A stretch of 64,000 bases of DNA from Promethearchaeota archaeon. Its GTDB lineage: Archaea; Asgardarchaeota; Lokiarchaeia; Sigyniarchaeales; SOKP01. Below, piece after piece: positions 39,631 through 49,975 of this stretch. Under the pieces are notes generated by a model, which had not been told where the DNA came from, ran no database searches, and worked only from the letters and a program-made list of their open reading frames with translations. Position numbers and translations under genes: made by a program. The number at the start of each line of letters is the position of its first letter. Position 1 is the first letter of the stretch. The DNA lies in contig JBHLOC010000027.1 of assembly GCA_048940925.1 (NCBI GenBank), positions 8,884 through 72,883 on the forward strand. The letters run 5' to 3'.

Positions 39631-40770
39631 TTAATTATTCGTGTTTATTGTAAACTTAGAACTAAATTTCATCATATAATCTTTAATTTTATAATTGGGA
39701 CATACTATTTGGGCAGCTCCTCTTTTTATTGCCGCTTTAGGCATACCATATACTACACAAGTTTGTTCTGCTTCAGCAATAGTTTTTCCTCCTTCATTTT
39801 TGATAGATTCAAGACCTGCAGCACCATCATCCCCCAATCCAGTTAAAAGGATCCCCAAAACTTGCTTTTTACATGTTTCTGCGGCTGACAAGAATAAAAT
39901 ATCAACAGATGGCATACAGAAATTGACTGGTTCTCCTTTAAATATTTTAATATGTGGAGTATTGTTTCTCACAATTATTTTCATATGTTTTCCTCCAGGA
40001 CTAAGATACGCTTTTCCAGGAATAATTTCTTCACCATTAACTGGTATTTTTACTTCGATCTTGCAAATATTATTTAATGATTTTGCAAGTTCTTTCATGA
40101 AAAAAGAATTTAAATGTTGAACAATAAGTATTGGGCAAGGAAAGTCTTTAGGTATATCTTTTAGAATTGATTTTAGCGTTCGAGGTCCACCAGTACTAGT
40201 TCCTATTACTATAATATTAAGTTTGATTTTAGGTATTGATGGCTTACTTAAAACAGTTGATTTTGCTGAATCCAATGATACGCTAATCCTACTTGGATGA
40301 TGAGTTGATTGTATTTCTGATTGAAGATCTACTGATTTTTTTATTAAATCTGTACGCTTTTCATATGTTTTTTTAATTTTAGCCGCATATAAAATACTTG
40401 AAATTAGTTTTTTTTTAAACTTCGGAAATTCTTCTTTCCAATATCCCTGTGGTTTTAAGATAAAATCGAATGCTCCTAAAAGTAGAGCTTGAACAGAATC
40501 ATCTAACGATCGAGGATTAAGTCCTGTAAATACAATTGTCGGAACGGGGTAATGTTCCGACAGAAATTTAAGGACAGAGATCCCATCAACTTCCGGCATT
40601 ATAAGATCTAATAAAAGTACATCAGGATTATGTTTCCCAATTTTTTGAATTGCCTCTCGTCCATTTCGTGCAGTATCAACCACTTCGATATTTTGGTGAG
40701 ATGAGATCATTTCTGTTATTACTTTTCTTTGATAACTAGAATCTTCAGCAAGTATCACCTTAATTAACAT
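39631..40770 (-). CDS. cheB: Chemotaxis methylesterase CheB
   Basis: Receiver domain (AEDS, LDLIMP) plus GTSTGGP, VQHL, PSVD, TGLGDDG and VYGMPK. Confidence 0.95.
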   Translation of the reverse strand: MLIKVILAEDSSYQRKVITEMISSHQNIEVVDTARNGREAIQKIGKHNPDVLLLDLIMPEVDGISVLKFLSEHYPVPTIVFTGLNPRSLDDSVQALLLGAFDFILKPQGYWKEEFPKFKKKLISSILYAAKIKKTYEKRTDLIKKSVDLQSEIQSTHHPSRISVSLDSAKSTVLSKPSIPKIKLNIIVIGTSTGGPRTLKSILKDIPKDFPCPILIVQHLNSFFMKELAKSLNNICKIEVKIPVNGEEIIPGKAYLSPGGKHMKIIVRNNTPHIKIFKGEPVNFCMPSVDILFLSAAETCKKQVLGILLTGLGDDGAAGLESIKNEGGKTIAEAEQTCVVYGMPKAAIKRGAAQIVCPNYKIKDYMMKFSSKFTINTNN

Positions 40771-40782
40771 TAGAATTTCACC

Positions 40783-41847
40783 TTATCCTGTCTTTAGATA
40801 GATTTGATTCCGAGAATCAATTAATTTTAAAGATTTATGAGTATTAAATATAGATTCTGTTTTACCTAATATTAGCAAACCTCCAGTTGCTAACTCTTTT
40901 TCGATGATTTCTAAAAATCTAATTCGTGCTTTTCGGCTAATATAAATTAGGAGATATCTACAAAAGATAATATCATATTTTATGGATTTCTTGTGACCTT
41001 TTGTAAGATCTTCTTCTATAAATTCAACATAATTTTTAATCTTGTTACTAACTGAAAATTTATCTCGAAAATATCCGTGGATTTTAGTAAAATAATTAAG
41101 TATAAACAAATTTGAAACTTCATTTAAAGCACTTTCATTATATATACCTATATTTGCTCTATTAAGTGCATCCTTATCTATATCTGAAGCAATAATTTTA
41201 AATTGGGGTAAATAAGATATTTGTCTTTTTAAGTTATCTAAAACCATTGCTATTGAAAACGGTTCTTCACCAGATGCACAGGGACATGACCAAATATGTA
41301 TAATATTATTAGAATCTGATTGTGTCCATACTTTTCTATAAATTGATGTTTTTTTGATAAATGATAAAGCTAGCTGAGAATTTGAAAATTTTATGTGTCT
41401 ATATTTATCATCGTTTATTGATGTATTTTTATATAAAACTTCTGTTTCTATTTTGTTGTTAGTTTTTCTTTTTGAATTCGGCTCCATATCACTTATTATA
41501 GCTTTTCTATCAAGATTTAAAGTTTTTAAGAAGAAGTTTTCAAATTGTTTAAATACTTCCCAATTTCTAAAGAAACAAGAATAATTAATATTAAAACTAT
41601 CTAGAAATTTTTGAATTTCTAAGGGATTATCTTTTATATAATAATAATATGAATGAAGCGTGGAACAGTTAACACGGATCATTCGAGCTTTTATTCTACG
41701 CTTAACAAAGTTATCACGATAATATCCAAAATCCAAATTTGTTTCATGACTTAGAAAATCAAGTAAAAGATTATAATAGTCTTCATCAAATGTAATATTT
41801 TCAATCCTTATCACATGAAACACTTTATTTTTCGAGAATTTTTTCAA
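40783..41847 (-). CDS. cheR: Chemotaxis methyltransferase CheR with internal insertion
   Basis: INYSCFFRN, IWSCPCASGEEPFSIAM, ASDID, DIIFCRYLLIY and LILGKTES. Confidence 0.93.
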   Translation of the reverse strand: MKKFSKNKVFHVIRIENITFDEDYYNLLLDFLSHETNLDFGYYRDNFVKRRIKARMIRVNCSTLHSYYYYIKDNPLEIQKFLDSFNINYSCFFRNWEVFKQFENFFLKTLNLDRKAIISDMEPNSKRKTNNKIETEVLYKNTSINDDKYRHIKFSNSQLALSFIKKTSIYRKVWTQSDSNNIIHIWSCPCASGEEPFSIAMVLDNLKRQISYLPQFKIIASDIDKDALNRANIGIYNESALNEVSNLFILNYFTKIHGYFRDKFSVSNKIKNYVEFIEEDLTKGHKKSIKYDIIFCRYLLIYISRKARIRFLEIIEKELATGGLLILGKTESIFNTHKSLKLIDSRNQIYLKTG

Positions 41848-42379
41848 TTTCAGTAAAGCGTTGTTGAATATGGTCCATAGTGTATTTAATATGTTGCTGC
41901 ATTTCCTTAATTTCCGATAAAATTTTTTTTATTTGAGATTTCTGTATTTTTGCTAAAAATCTTTCTCCTACAAGAGAAGATATTTGATGAGTTTTATCTA
42001 TTGTTACACTTGGGATTTTGACTTCTGAAATTTCAGTCTGAGTTATATTATTTCTAGATTCTCCTGGATAACTCAAGTGAAATCTATTTTCTTTTATTTC
42101 TTGAAAAATAATATTAAATTCAGAGGGTTCAATTCCTTGTTTAATAACTTCATATTTAAAATTATAGAATTTTTTTTTAGTTTTTAGCTTTCCTGCCCAA
42201 TTCGCGGCCATATAACGGTGAAATAAACGTGAGTTACTACCCGACCAAATCCAGATTAATTTGAAGTCCTTATCAATAATTAAATAAACTCCATTAGGTT
42301 CAAACATCTTTTCAGGTTTCCCCTTTATTGTTTCGCCATCTACTTTAAAAATGTATTCAAAATACTCACTTTTTAACAT
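41825..42379 (-). CDS. Single gelsolin-repeat protein with C-terminal coiled coil
   Basis: FEPNGVYLIID...IWIWSGSNS...AANWA...VIKQGIEPSEF matches the gelsolin repeat consensus (L.s.dvfilD....iyvW.G..s...v.qG.Ep.eF). Confidence 0.8.
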   Translation of the reverse strand: MLKSEYFEYIFKVDGETIKGKPEKMFEPNGVYLIIDKDFKLIWIWSGSNSRLFHRYMAANWAGKLKTKKKFYNFKYEVIKQGIEPSEFNIIFQEIKENRFHLSYPGESRNNITQTEISEVKIPSVTIDKTHQISSLVGERFLAKIQKSQIKKILSEIKEMQQHIKYTMDHIQQRFTEIEKILEK

Positions 42380-42473
42380 TTTTTAAATTTTAACCTCTAT
42401 TCGATGTCTTTAATAACCTTTAGAATCTAAAAAAGTACTCATAGTAGAAAAGTTTTGAATTTCGCAAAAAAAA

Positions 42474-44432
42474 TTAAGAGTAAAATTTTAAAAGTGCATC
42501 AAGTAATTCTTGTAGGGTATTAAGATTTGGAATGAATAAGAATGTTCCTTGAACTTTAATATCAGTGATAATTACGTTTGTGGTGATTACTAGCGATAAT
42601 TTTCTAAGCAATCCAATTTCTTCTTTTAATATGCTAAATAATTGCTGTCCAGTATCAACTGACATGTCTGGAGGCTCTGTCATAAGCCGTATTCCAAGTA
42701 GATCACCTATAGCACTAACATAATGACTTCCGAGAATATGTCCTAATTCGGAAAGAGCACTTCTATAAAGTTCTGGATAATCATCAGCTTTATCAATTTT
42801 CTTCCTCAAATCGATCTTCTTTTTATCTTTATCATCAACTATTATTGATGTAATATCAATTGAATCTTTTACATTGAATATCGTAAGTACTGTAGCTCTT
42901 GTTTTCCCAATAACGTTACTCCATGCGACTAATAATTTTTCATTCTTTTTACTTATCTTTTGAGCATATTCATCTAATTCAACCATCTCTACTGATGGTA
43001 TATTTATATCAACTCTTTTATTAATCATCTGAGCTAATGCATTTGCTGCGTTTCCAGCTCCAATATTTCCAACTTCTTGTAAGGCATCTCTTTGAAGTTC
43101 CGTAAGCACTATTGAACTAACATCTAATTTATCAGCTGATTTCTCAGACTTATCTTCCATAAATGCTATTTCATGATGAATACCCAATTTATTGAAAAAA
43201 GATTTTAATGTTTCAAGGTCTGGTATAAAGAAGAAGAAACCTTGCAATTGTAATTCAGAGACTTTTATAGACGTTTTAATTATTATCATATATTCAGCTA
43301 ATGATTTTAATTCTTGAGATAGAAATTCCCCTAATTCTGCAGTATTACTCATAGCAAATTCTGGTATATCAATCATAATTTTTGTCCCTAATAAATCTGC
43401 TAAAGCAGAAGCATAATGCCCTGCCATTATGTTTCCCATTTCTGTTATTGTTGAAATAGCAAATTCATCAAGGTCCTTTTTAGACTTAACTTTATTAGGA
43501 TCTATTTTTGATTGATTTCCTGCTAACGTTGCTATTAGATTCATTAAGGGTTTCATTTCAAAAATATTGAGAATAGTAGATTGGGAAGGTTTGTCTATAT
43601 GACAAAAAATACCGCATACTCGTTCATTAGAATTCCCAAATTGCATTGATAATTTATTTAGAGATACAATTCCAACATCAGTTAAGGTCACATCTATTTT
43701 TTTCTTTATGAGTCGAGATAGTGCTGTAACTGCATTTCCAGTTCCAATATTTCCAATCTCTTGAAGTATATCTTTTTGATCATCAGTTAAGACAATTTTT
43801 TTCTCGGAAGTTGAAGTTTTCTTCTTGGTAATTTTCACTTTTTTAGGTGTAATAACAGTTGATTCTATGTCATGAATCACTTGTTTTTTAGGTATCACTT
43901 TTGGGCGTTCCAGAATCTTAGGTTTTAGAATATTTTTCTCTACTTGTATTTCGAAAGATTTAATATAGGGTTGGATTAAAGCATCTAAATCTAGCAAGAT
44001 AAGTGGTTCGTCTTGAAATATCCCTGTTAGTTTTATAAATTTAAAATCTATGTTTGTTTTTACAATCGTTCCTTGTGCTTTAAAAATTGAAATTGGAAAC
44101 TCTCTCACACCAATTACAGAATCAACTAATAAAGCAATTTTTAAATTTTCCCATTCTAAGAGTAGAATACGTGATTTTTCATCTAAAGCATATTCTATAT
44201 CATTACTATAAATATTGTGTTTAAGTGAGATAATTGAATAAATATCTCCTCTGATATTTATAATCCCTACAATTGATTTATCTGCTAACGGTACTGGAAC
44301 TATTTTTTCTCCAGGTACAAAAATCTCTTTAACCTTTTCAACCTCAATAAGATATTTTTCATCTTGTACCTGTATTATAACAGTTGATATATTTTCTTCA
44401 AATTCTATTTTTTCATATTCACTATTTAACAT
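42474..44432 (-). CDS. CheW-CheC-CheC fusion protein
   Basis: N-terminal CheW (VPVPLA..SIVGIINIRG, LLVDSVIGV), then two CheC domains (EIGNIGTG/EMGNIMAG and EVGNIGAG/ELGHILGS). Confidence 0.9.
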   Translation of the reverse strand: MLNSEYEKIEFEENISTVIIQVQDEKYLIEVEKVKEIFVPGEKIVPVPLADKSIVGIINIRGDIYSIISLKHNIYSNDIEYALDEKSRILLLEWENLKIALLVDSVIGVREFPISIFKAQGTIVKTNIDFKFIKLTGIFQDEPLILLDLDALIQPYIKSFEIQVEKNILKPKILERPKVIPKKQVIHDIESTVITPKKVKITKKKTSTSEKKIVLTDDQKDILQEIGNIGTGNAVTALSRLIKKKIDVTLTDVGIVSLNKLSMQFGNSNERVCGIFCHIDKPSQSTILNIFEMKPLMNLIATLAGNQSKIDPNKVKSKKDLDEFAISTITEMGNIMAGHYASALADLLGTKIMIDIPEFAMSNTAELGEFLSQELKSLAEYMIIIKTSIKVSELQLQGFFFFIPDLETLKSFFNKLGIHHEIAFMEDKSEKSADKLDVSSIVLTELQRDALQEVGNIGAGNAANALAQMINKRVDINIPSVEMVELDEYAQKISKKNEKLLVAWSNVIGKTRATVLTIFNVKDSIDITSIIVDDKDKKKIDLRKKIDKADDYPELYRSALSELGHILGSHYVSAIGDLLGIRLMTEPPDMSVDTGQQLFSILKEEIGLLRKLSLVITTNVIITDIKVQGTFLFIPNLNTLQELLDALLKFYS

Positions 44433-44468
44433 TATAATATCCTCTGTTTAACTCATTACAAAATTTTT

Positions 44469-45308
44469 TTATTTTATCATTATACCTTTCCAAATTAATT
44501 CTACATCAGTTTCATCTTCAGTTGCTCCAATAAAGAAATCTGATTGTTTAAAGATTAATATTTGTCCTCCATTTGAATACTTGTAGACATAGTTTAGTAA
44601 ATCATCCATACTTGTATAATTAAATCCTGCAAGTTTTAATTCTGAATTATCTACAATTATTAGATCTTCTTTATTAAAAACGCGATTTTCTTCTATCCAT
44701 TCAATCCATAATTCTGGAGTTATTTCAGTGTTAATTATCTTATAACTTTCATCTAATGGTATATTTCGAAAAGATTTATTAGCAGCTATTATAATCCTAT
44801 GTGGTATAGTATTCTGTTTTTTTGCGAATTCTGCCATATCTTTTAATGATTGATTAAAATTATCTAATTCGAGAGTATCATGACAAGAAATGAAAATTGT
44901 TTCATTTTCTTCAGTTTCTAGTATAAAATCAAAAAATTTAGCAGAATTGTTATTTTGGTTTACCTTCATAGATTTAATAGTTATACCTAAATAATATTTA
45001 ATATATTGATAAAATCGCCATTTAACAGCTAATCTATGATTTATTTCTCTACTAATAAATATCTGGAACAATGTTTTTAGGTCAATTTCATTTAATTTTG
45101 ATATATCCGCCAATTTACCTTTATCTTTGCCAATTTCGAGAAATTTATCATTGGTAGTTGATTTTGAGTTTTTAACAGGTTTCGTTTTAATTTCATCTAA
45201 GAATTTGTTTAATTCATTATAAGTGAATTGTGGCAAGATTTGATCAACCAAATATGAAACATACTTCTTCGATTTATCATCCAACGTTTCAAAAAACTGT
45301 AAATTCAT
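44469..45308 (-). CDS. Hypothetical protein, possible degenerate PD-(D/E)XK-like fold
   Basis: 279-aa soluble ORF inside the che operon. FDFILETEENETIFISC resembles a restriction-endonuclease core without the catalytic Lys. Confidence 0.55.
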   Translation of the reverse strand: MNLQFFETLDDKSKKYVSYLVDQILPQFTYNELNKFLDEIKTKPVKNSKSTTNDKFLEIGKDKGKLADISKLNEIDLKTLFQIFISREINHRLAVKWRFYQYIKYYLGITIKSMKVNQNNNSAKFFDFILETEENETIFISCHDTLELDNFNQSLKDMAEFAKKQNTIPHRIIIAANKSFRNIPLDESYKIINTEITPELWIEWIEENRVFNKEDLIIVDNSELKLAGFNYTSMDDLLNYVYKYSNGGQILIFKQSDFFIGATEDETDVELIWKGIMIK

Positions 45309-45363
45309 TCTATTTCCTCCTATAATTTTTCTTTTTTCGATTTAATTATAATTTTGTTCTGAA

Positions 45364-47379
45364 TTATCCAATAAAAAAGGATTCTAACTCTGAATATTTT
45401 ACATCTTTTCCGGTAATATTTTTTAGATAATACATTACTTCCTTTTCTTGAAAGGGTAATAAAGTTTCAATTGTGAAGAATATTTTACGTTCTCCAGATT
45501 TATCTGCTTTGCTTAACTTATGATCGATATTTGAAGAGACAAGTTCAAATGAGTCTGGGAAAGAATCAGTTAAATCAACATTATTAAGTTTAATATTTGA
45601 ACCATTTCTTGCAGTAATATAAATTGCAAATTCATTGCTAGTCCTCCCTGGAAATATTTCCTTTCCAATCATTAGCTTACGACGTTTATGAGTAATTTTT
45701 AGTTTAGAGGCATCTTTCATATCTAAATTGGTGGTAATTATATAATACTCATTAGATTTTACATCTAAATATTTAGGATAATATGTCTGAACATCCAATG
45801 GAAATTTATAATCTTTATTGGGATCAGGAGTAATAGCGTTAAGTGAATATCGGACCTCTAAAAAGTCATCAACATTTATCAATGATTTACTATTATAATT
45901 CTTCAAATTAACTCTTAGTTCTAAAAGATGTTCACTAGATGGATCAATATCATCTGGATTAACATTTATTATAAAGTCTTCAAATTTTACTTCTCCTGAA
46001 GAATTAAATAATTTGTATTTTGAAATCTCTTTTGAAGGCAAAAAATCTTCCGGTATTCTCTCTTGGACAATTATTCCTTTTACCGGAACTGCACCCATGT
46101 TCTTTATTACAATTTTTACATCAATTTCAGATTGCTCATATGATTTTACCTCTTTCTCTGAAAGTTCCTTTTTTATTAAAACACTTACGGTTCTAAAGAG
46201 AGTATCATCAAAATGAGCAGTAATCAAACAGTTTTTTTCAACCTTATAATCTACAGAATATTCTACTTTCCTTGAAAATGAAGGCTCTTTTTCATCTACA
46301 TAATCAAATTTTTGTGTTATATAATTTTCTTGGGGATGAATTATCAATTTTTCACCAGAACCATTAAAATTCAAGCTTAATAGAGTATTTTTCTTATTCT
46401 TATCTAAAATTAAAATTGATTTCATTATCATCTTAAAATCACTATGATTTTCAAAATAGAGAGAGCAATCCCAATGATTAGGAGAGTGATCTTTCTCCAT
46501 TTTTTTTATTGCATGCAATGCATGAGAATATGCTGAAAAGCGTTCAATTTCTACTTCAGATAAAGTTTGATTCTTCAAATTAAATGATAATTCAATTTTC
46601 CCTGTTCTTATATTCTCTCTCTTTTTTGGAAAAATCTTGCTTATTATTGATATTTCTCTTTTTTCTCCAGGATTCAAATTATTAATAGAACATTCAACTG
46701 TGTTGCTTGTAATAATAAAATCCTTATTATCATTACCCTCAAATTCTAAATCATAAAGATATTTAGAAATATACTTTTTTAGGGTTATGTTTTCTAAAAA
46801 TGACGTTGAAACATTTTCTACAAAAATTGAGAACTTAATCTTATTTTCTTTACCAAGTAAAAGAATTTGATGTTTTTGATTTCCATCATTAATAAAGAGA
46901 GATCCATCTGGGCTATCTCCAAATGATTTAATATCCTCATTTAAGTTCTCAATATTTTCCTCTATTTTTATTAAATCAGGGAGCATTTCTGAATTTACCA
47001 TTTCATATTTCAAAATTTTATTTGAATTTGGTTCAAAGATACCTAAGTTTACATCTTTTTCTGAGTTTTTATCATCAAATTGTGTGCCTGAAAATTGTAA
47101 AAATGCATCCCAAATTCTATCTTTAAGTGAATTATTATAAATTATTATGTTACCATATCCAGTTATAGAAGATCTCTTCTTATCATATTGATATTTATAT
47201 TCTAAAAATTCTTCATTAGCAATCAATATTTCTGAGATTGAGCTTATTACATTTTTTCCTATTTTTAAATCTCTTTTACTAGTTTCTATTACTTTTCCTG
47301 TTTCCCTTATTGGCATACCAAGGAAATTGACTCCAATTTCAGTTTTTAACTCATCTTGGTTAACTTTTTTAAAACCCAT
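45364..47379 (-). CDS. Cytosolic multi-beta-sandwich protein (Ig-like/DUF11- or mu-homology-like domains)
   Basis: No signal peptide or TM. Repeated patterns such as IVIKNMG..VKGIIVQERIPEDF and ITARNGS...VDLTDSFPDSF. Confidence 0.6.
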   Translation of the reverse strand: MGFKKVNQDELKTEIGVNFLGMPIRETGKVIETSKRDLKIGKNVISSISEILIANEEFLEYKYQYDKKRSSITGYGNIIIYNNSLKDRIWDAFLQFSGTQFDDKNSEKDVNLGIFEPNSNKILKYEMVNSEMLPDLIKIEENIENLNEDIKSFGDSPDGSLFINDGNQKHQILLLGKENKIKFSIFVENVSTSFLENITLKKYISKYLYDLEFEGNDNKDFIITSNTVECSINNLNPGEKREISIISKIFPKKRENIRTGKIELSFNLKNQTLSEVEIERFSAYSHALHAIKKMEKDHSPNHWDCSLYFENHSDFKMIMKSILILDKNKKNTLLSLNFNGSGEKLIIHPQENYITQKFDYVDEKEPSFSRKVEYSVDYKVEKNCLITAHFDDTLFRTVSVLIKKELSEKEVKSYEQSEIDVKIVIKNMGAVPVKGIIVQERIPEDFLPSKEISKYKLFNSSGEVKFEDFIINVNPDDIDPSSEHLLELRVNLKNYNSKSLINVDDFLEVRYSLNAITPDPNKDYKFPLDVQTYYPKYLDVKSNEYYIITTNLDMKDASKLKITHKRRKLMIGKEIFPGRTSNEFAIYITARNGSNIKLNNVDLTDSFPDSFELVSSNIDHKLSKADKSGERKIFFTIETLLPFQEKEVMYYLKNITGKDVKYSELESFFIG

Positions 47380-47448
47380 TTCAATTTTCCTCCAAATTTT
47401 ATTTAAACAGCAAATTTTTTCTTATTTTTAAAAAATATTTAATTAACT

Positions 47449-49485
47449 TTATTGTGAAATTTCACCTTCTAGTAATTGTTTTGATATGATATTGAGCACA
47501 TCAAGGATCAAACAAATTTCACCAGAACCAGTGATAGCAGATCCTAAAATATTTCGAGAATCTGAATAGCTTGATTTAAATGGTTTAACTACTAAGTCTA
47601 GTTGTTGAAGTTGTTTATCTGCTACTAAAACTGCCGAATTCTCATTATCTTTTTGACACCATACAGCAACTTTCTTATATGAATTAGTTTCATTTATATC
47701 AACCATTTGTAAGTGTTGATCCAAATGAATAAGAGGGAGTAATTTTGAATTAATTTTGTAATATTGTATCCCTTCATTGTATTCGACTAAATTTGGATTG
47801 AAAAAGTATATTTGCTTGATATTTTCAATGGGTATAGCAAATAAATCTTCTGAAATTTGAAGTAATTGAGCTCTCAAAATAGCCCTTGTAAATGGAACAA
47901 TCAATGTAAATTTAGTCCCAACGTCTTTTTGTGAGGTGATGAGTAAATCTCCTCCTAATTCTTTTATTTTTTCAGCAACAATAGCTAATCCTATCCCTCT
48001 ACCTGATATAATATCAGCATCTGAGAGAGTCGAAAAACCAGACATTAGTATATATTTATTCAATTCATCCGGTGTTAGCTCTTCGATTTGATTAGCGTCA
48101 AAATATCTCTTATTACGGATTTTTTGTTTTATTTTATCATAATTTATACCTGCACCATCATCTTCTATCTCTATGTGAATAGAACCTGCTTTCCTATATG
48201 TTTTTATTCTTAAAATTCCAAGTTCATTTTTACCTTTCCTTTTCCTTTCTTCTGGTGTTTCTATCCCATGGTAAATAGCATTTCTAATAAGATGAACTAA
48301 CGGGGAATTTAATTCCTCTAATATTTTTCTATCAATTTCAACATTAGTGCCTTGTAGAACTAATTTAATTTGTTTACCTGTTTCATTCGCAACATCTCGT
48401 ACAAATCGTTTATATTTTCTAAATGTAGATTCTACACGCACTAATTTTAATCTAAATAGTATTTCTTGAATGTCGAGATAGGGTTTATCCATTTTATCAA
48501 AAAGTCTACCAATAACGCGATCTTGTTTTTCTTTTAATAATTGACTAATTTGATTTTTTAATATTACCAGTTCTCCAAAATAATTCATTAATTCCTCTAA
48601 ATATTCAATATTAACTTTTACACTTGTTATTTTAGTCCCATCCTCAGAATAGTCTTCAACTATTTGAGAGACCCTCTCTACTTCTTCATCGATTAAATCT
48701 TCCTCAAAATCTTGCTCTTTATCCCATTTCTCTTTTAGATTGTTAATTGTGCTTTTAAATTCCTCAGGATTTAAAATTGTAATCACAATACTTTCAATTT
48801 CTAATATTTCATCTAAAATATGTGATATTTGTTGTTTTTGTTGGTCACTAATAAAATATATCTCGAATTCATTCTTCAAAATTGCTCTCTCTAATGATTC
48901 TGGGGCAGGAGTTGTCCAACAAATCTTACCCCTCTCATTTAATGCCCTAAAAATAATAAACAATCTTACTTTCTTAAATACACAAGTTTCCTCCAATCGA
49001 ATATAAATTTTATATGGTTTGTTTTGTCTATTACTGAGAATTTCTGTAATTTCTTCAAGAGTTATTGGTTTAATAAATGTAATATCATAACTATCTGTAT
49101 CAAAACTCTCAAAACTCCTTTTTATCTCTTCTAAAAATTTAGTGTCAATATCTTTTAAATCTCCTTTTTTGACCTTCTTTAAAACATTTTTAAGGACATC
49201 AAGACTCTCAAATAACATATCTATAAAGTCAGTTCGTTTTCCAATTGAAACTTTATTGTCTTTCGCATTTTCTAAAAAAGATTCAAAATGATGACAGAAC
49301 TTTGATAAATTTTCAAAACCCGCCATAGCAGTAAGACCTTTTAGAGTATGGAATGTGAAAAAAAGTTCCTGAATTGGTTTAGGATTTTCCGTATTTTCTT
49401 CTAATTTAAGAATTTCATCCTCAGTTTTTTGAATAAGATCCTCTGCTTCACTAATAAAAAGCTTAATATCGTCATATGAGGCCAT
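47449..49485 (-). CDS. cheA: Chemotaxis histidine kinase CheA
   Basis: HPt FHTLKG, P2 domain, ELMNYFGELV dimerisation region, HLIRNAIYHGIE, EDDGAG, GFST, SGRGIG and C-terminal CheW-like P5. Confidence 0.96.
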   Translation of the reverse strand: MASYDDIKLFISEAEDLIQKTEDEILKLEENTENPKPIQELFFTFHTLKGLTAMAGFENLSKFCHHFESFLENAKDNKVSIGKRTDFIDMLFESLDVLKNVLKKVKKGDLKDIDTKFLEEIKRSFESFDTDSYDITFIKPITLEEITEILSNRQNKPYKIYIRLEETCVFKKVRLFIIFRALNERGKICWTTPAPESLERAILKNEFEIYFISDQQKQQISHILDEILEIESIVITILNPEEFKSTINNLKEKWDKEQDFEEDLIDEEVERVSQIVEDYSEDGTKITSVKVNIEYLEELMNYFGELVILKNQISQLLKEKQDRVIGRLFDKMDKPYLDIQEILFRLKLVRVESTFRKYKRFVRDVANETGKQIKLVLQGTNVEIDRKILEELNSPLVHLIRNAIYHGIETPEERKRKGKNELGILRIKTYRKAGSIHIEIEDDGAGINYDKIKQKIRNKRYFDANQIEELTPDELNKYILMSGFSTLSDADIISGRGIGLAIVAEKIKELGGDLLITSQKDVGTKFTLIVPFTRAILRAQLLQISEDLFAIPIENIKQIYFFNPNLVEYNEGIQYYKINSKLLPLIHLDQHLQMVDINETNSYKKVAVWCQKDNENSAVLVADKQLQQLDLVVKPFKSSYSDSRNILGSAITGSGEICLILDVLNIISKQLLEGEISQ

Positions 49486-49512
49486 AAAATCACCATAATG
49501 TTTAGTTTATGA

Positions 49513-49908
49513 TTATTTCTTATCGATTTTTTTATTTTTCAGTATGCGATCCATGACCTCTAAAATTTGTTCAGTCTTGAAGGGTTTTTGAATAAAATCT
49601 TTTGCCCCTTTTTTCGCTGCTTCAAGCACTAAAGCTTCTTGTCCTAAGGCTGATACCACAACTATCAAAGCTTTAGGATTAATCTTTAGAATCTCTTCTG
49701 TCGCCTCAATACCGCCTTTTTTAGGCATAACCAAATCCATAGTAACTAAATCTGGGTTTAGTTTCTTGTATAAAGATATTGCTTCGACACCGTTTGAAGC
49801 TTCACCAATTATTTCGACCTTCTCGACTTTACTTATAATATTTTTAAGCATATTTCTTGTGAAGGCTGCATCGTCAACTATAAGGACACGTTTCTTTTCA
49901 TTTGTCAT
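49513..49908 (-). CDS. cheY: Chemotaxis response regulator CheY
   Basis: VLIVDDAAF, TMDLVMP, SALGQ and FIQKPF (Bacillus/archaeal F1-type pattern). Confidence 0.95.
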   Translation of the reverse strand: MTNEKKRVLIVDDAAFTRNMLKNIISKVEKVEIIGEASNGVEAISLYKKLNPDLVTMDLVMPKKGGIEATEEILKINPKALIVVVSALGQEALVLEAAKKGAKDFIQKPFKTEQILEVMDRILKNKKIDKK

Positions 49909-49975
49909 ATTTTCAACTCCAATTTGTTTTTGTTTAAAATTTTTTAATATTTTTTTTTATTTTTTAGATTTAATT

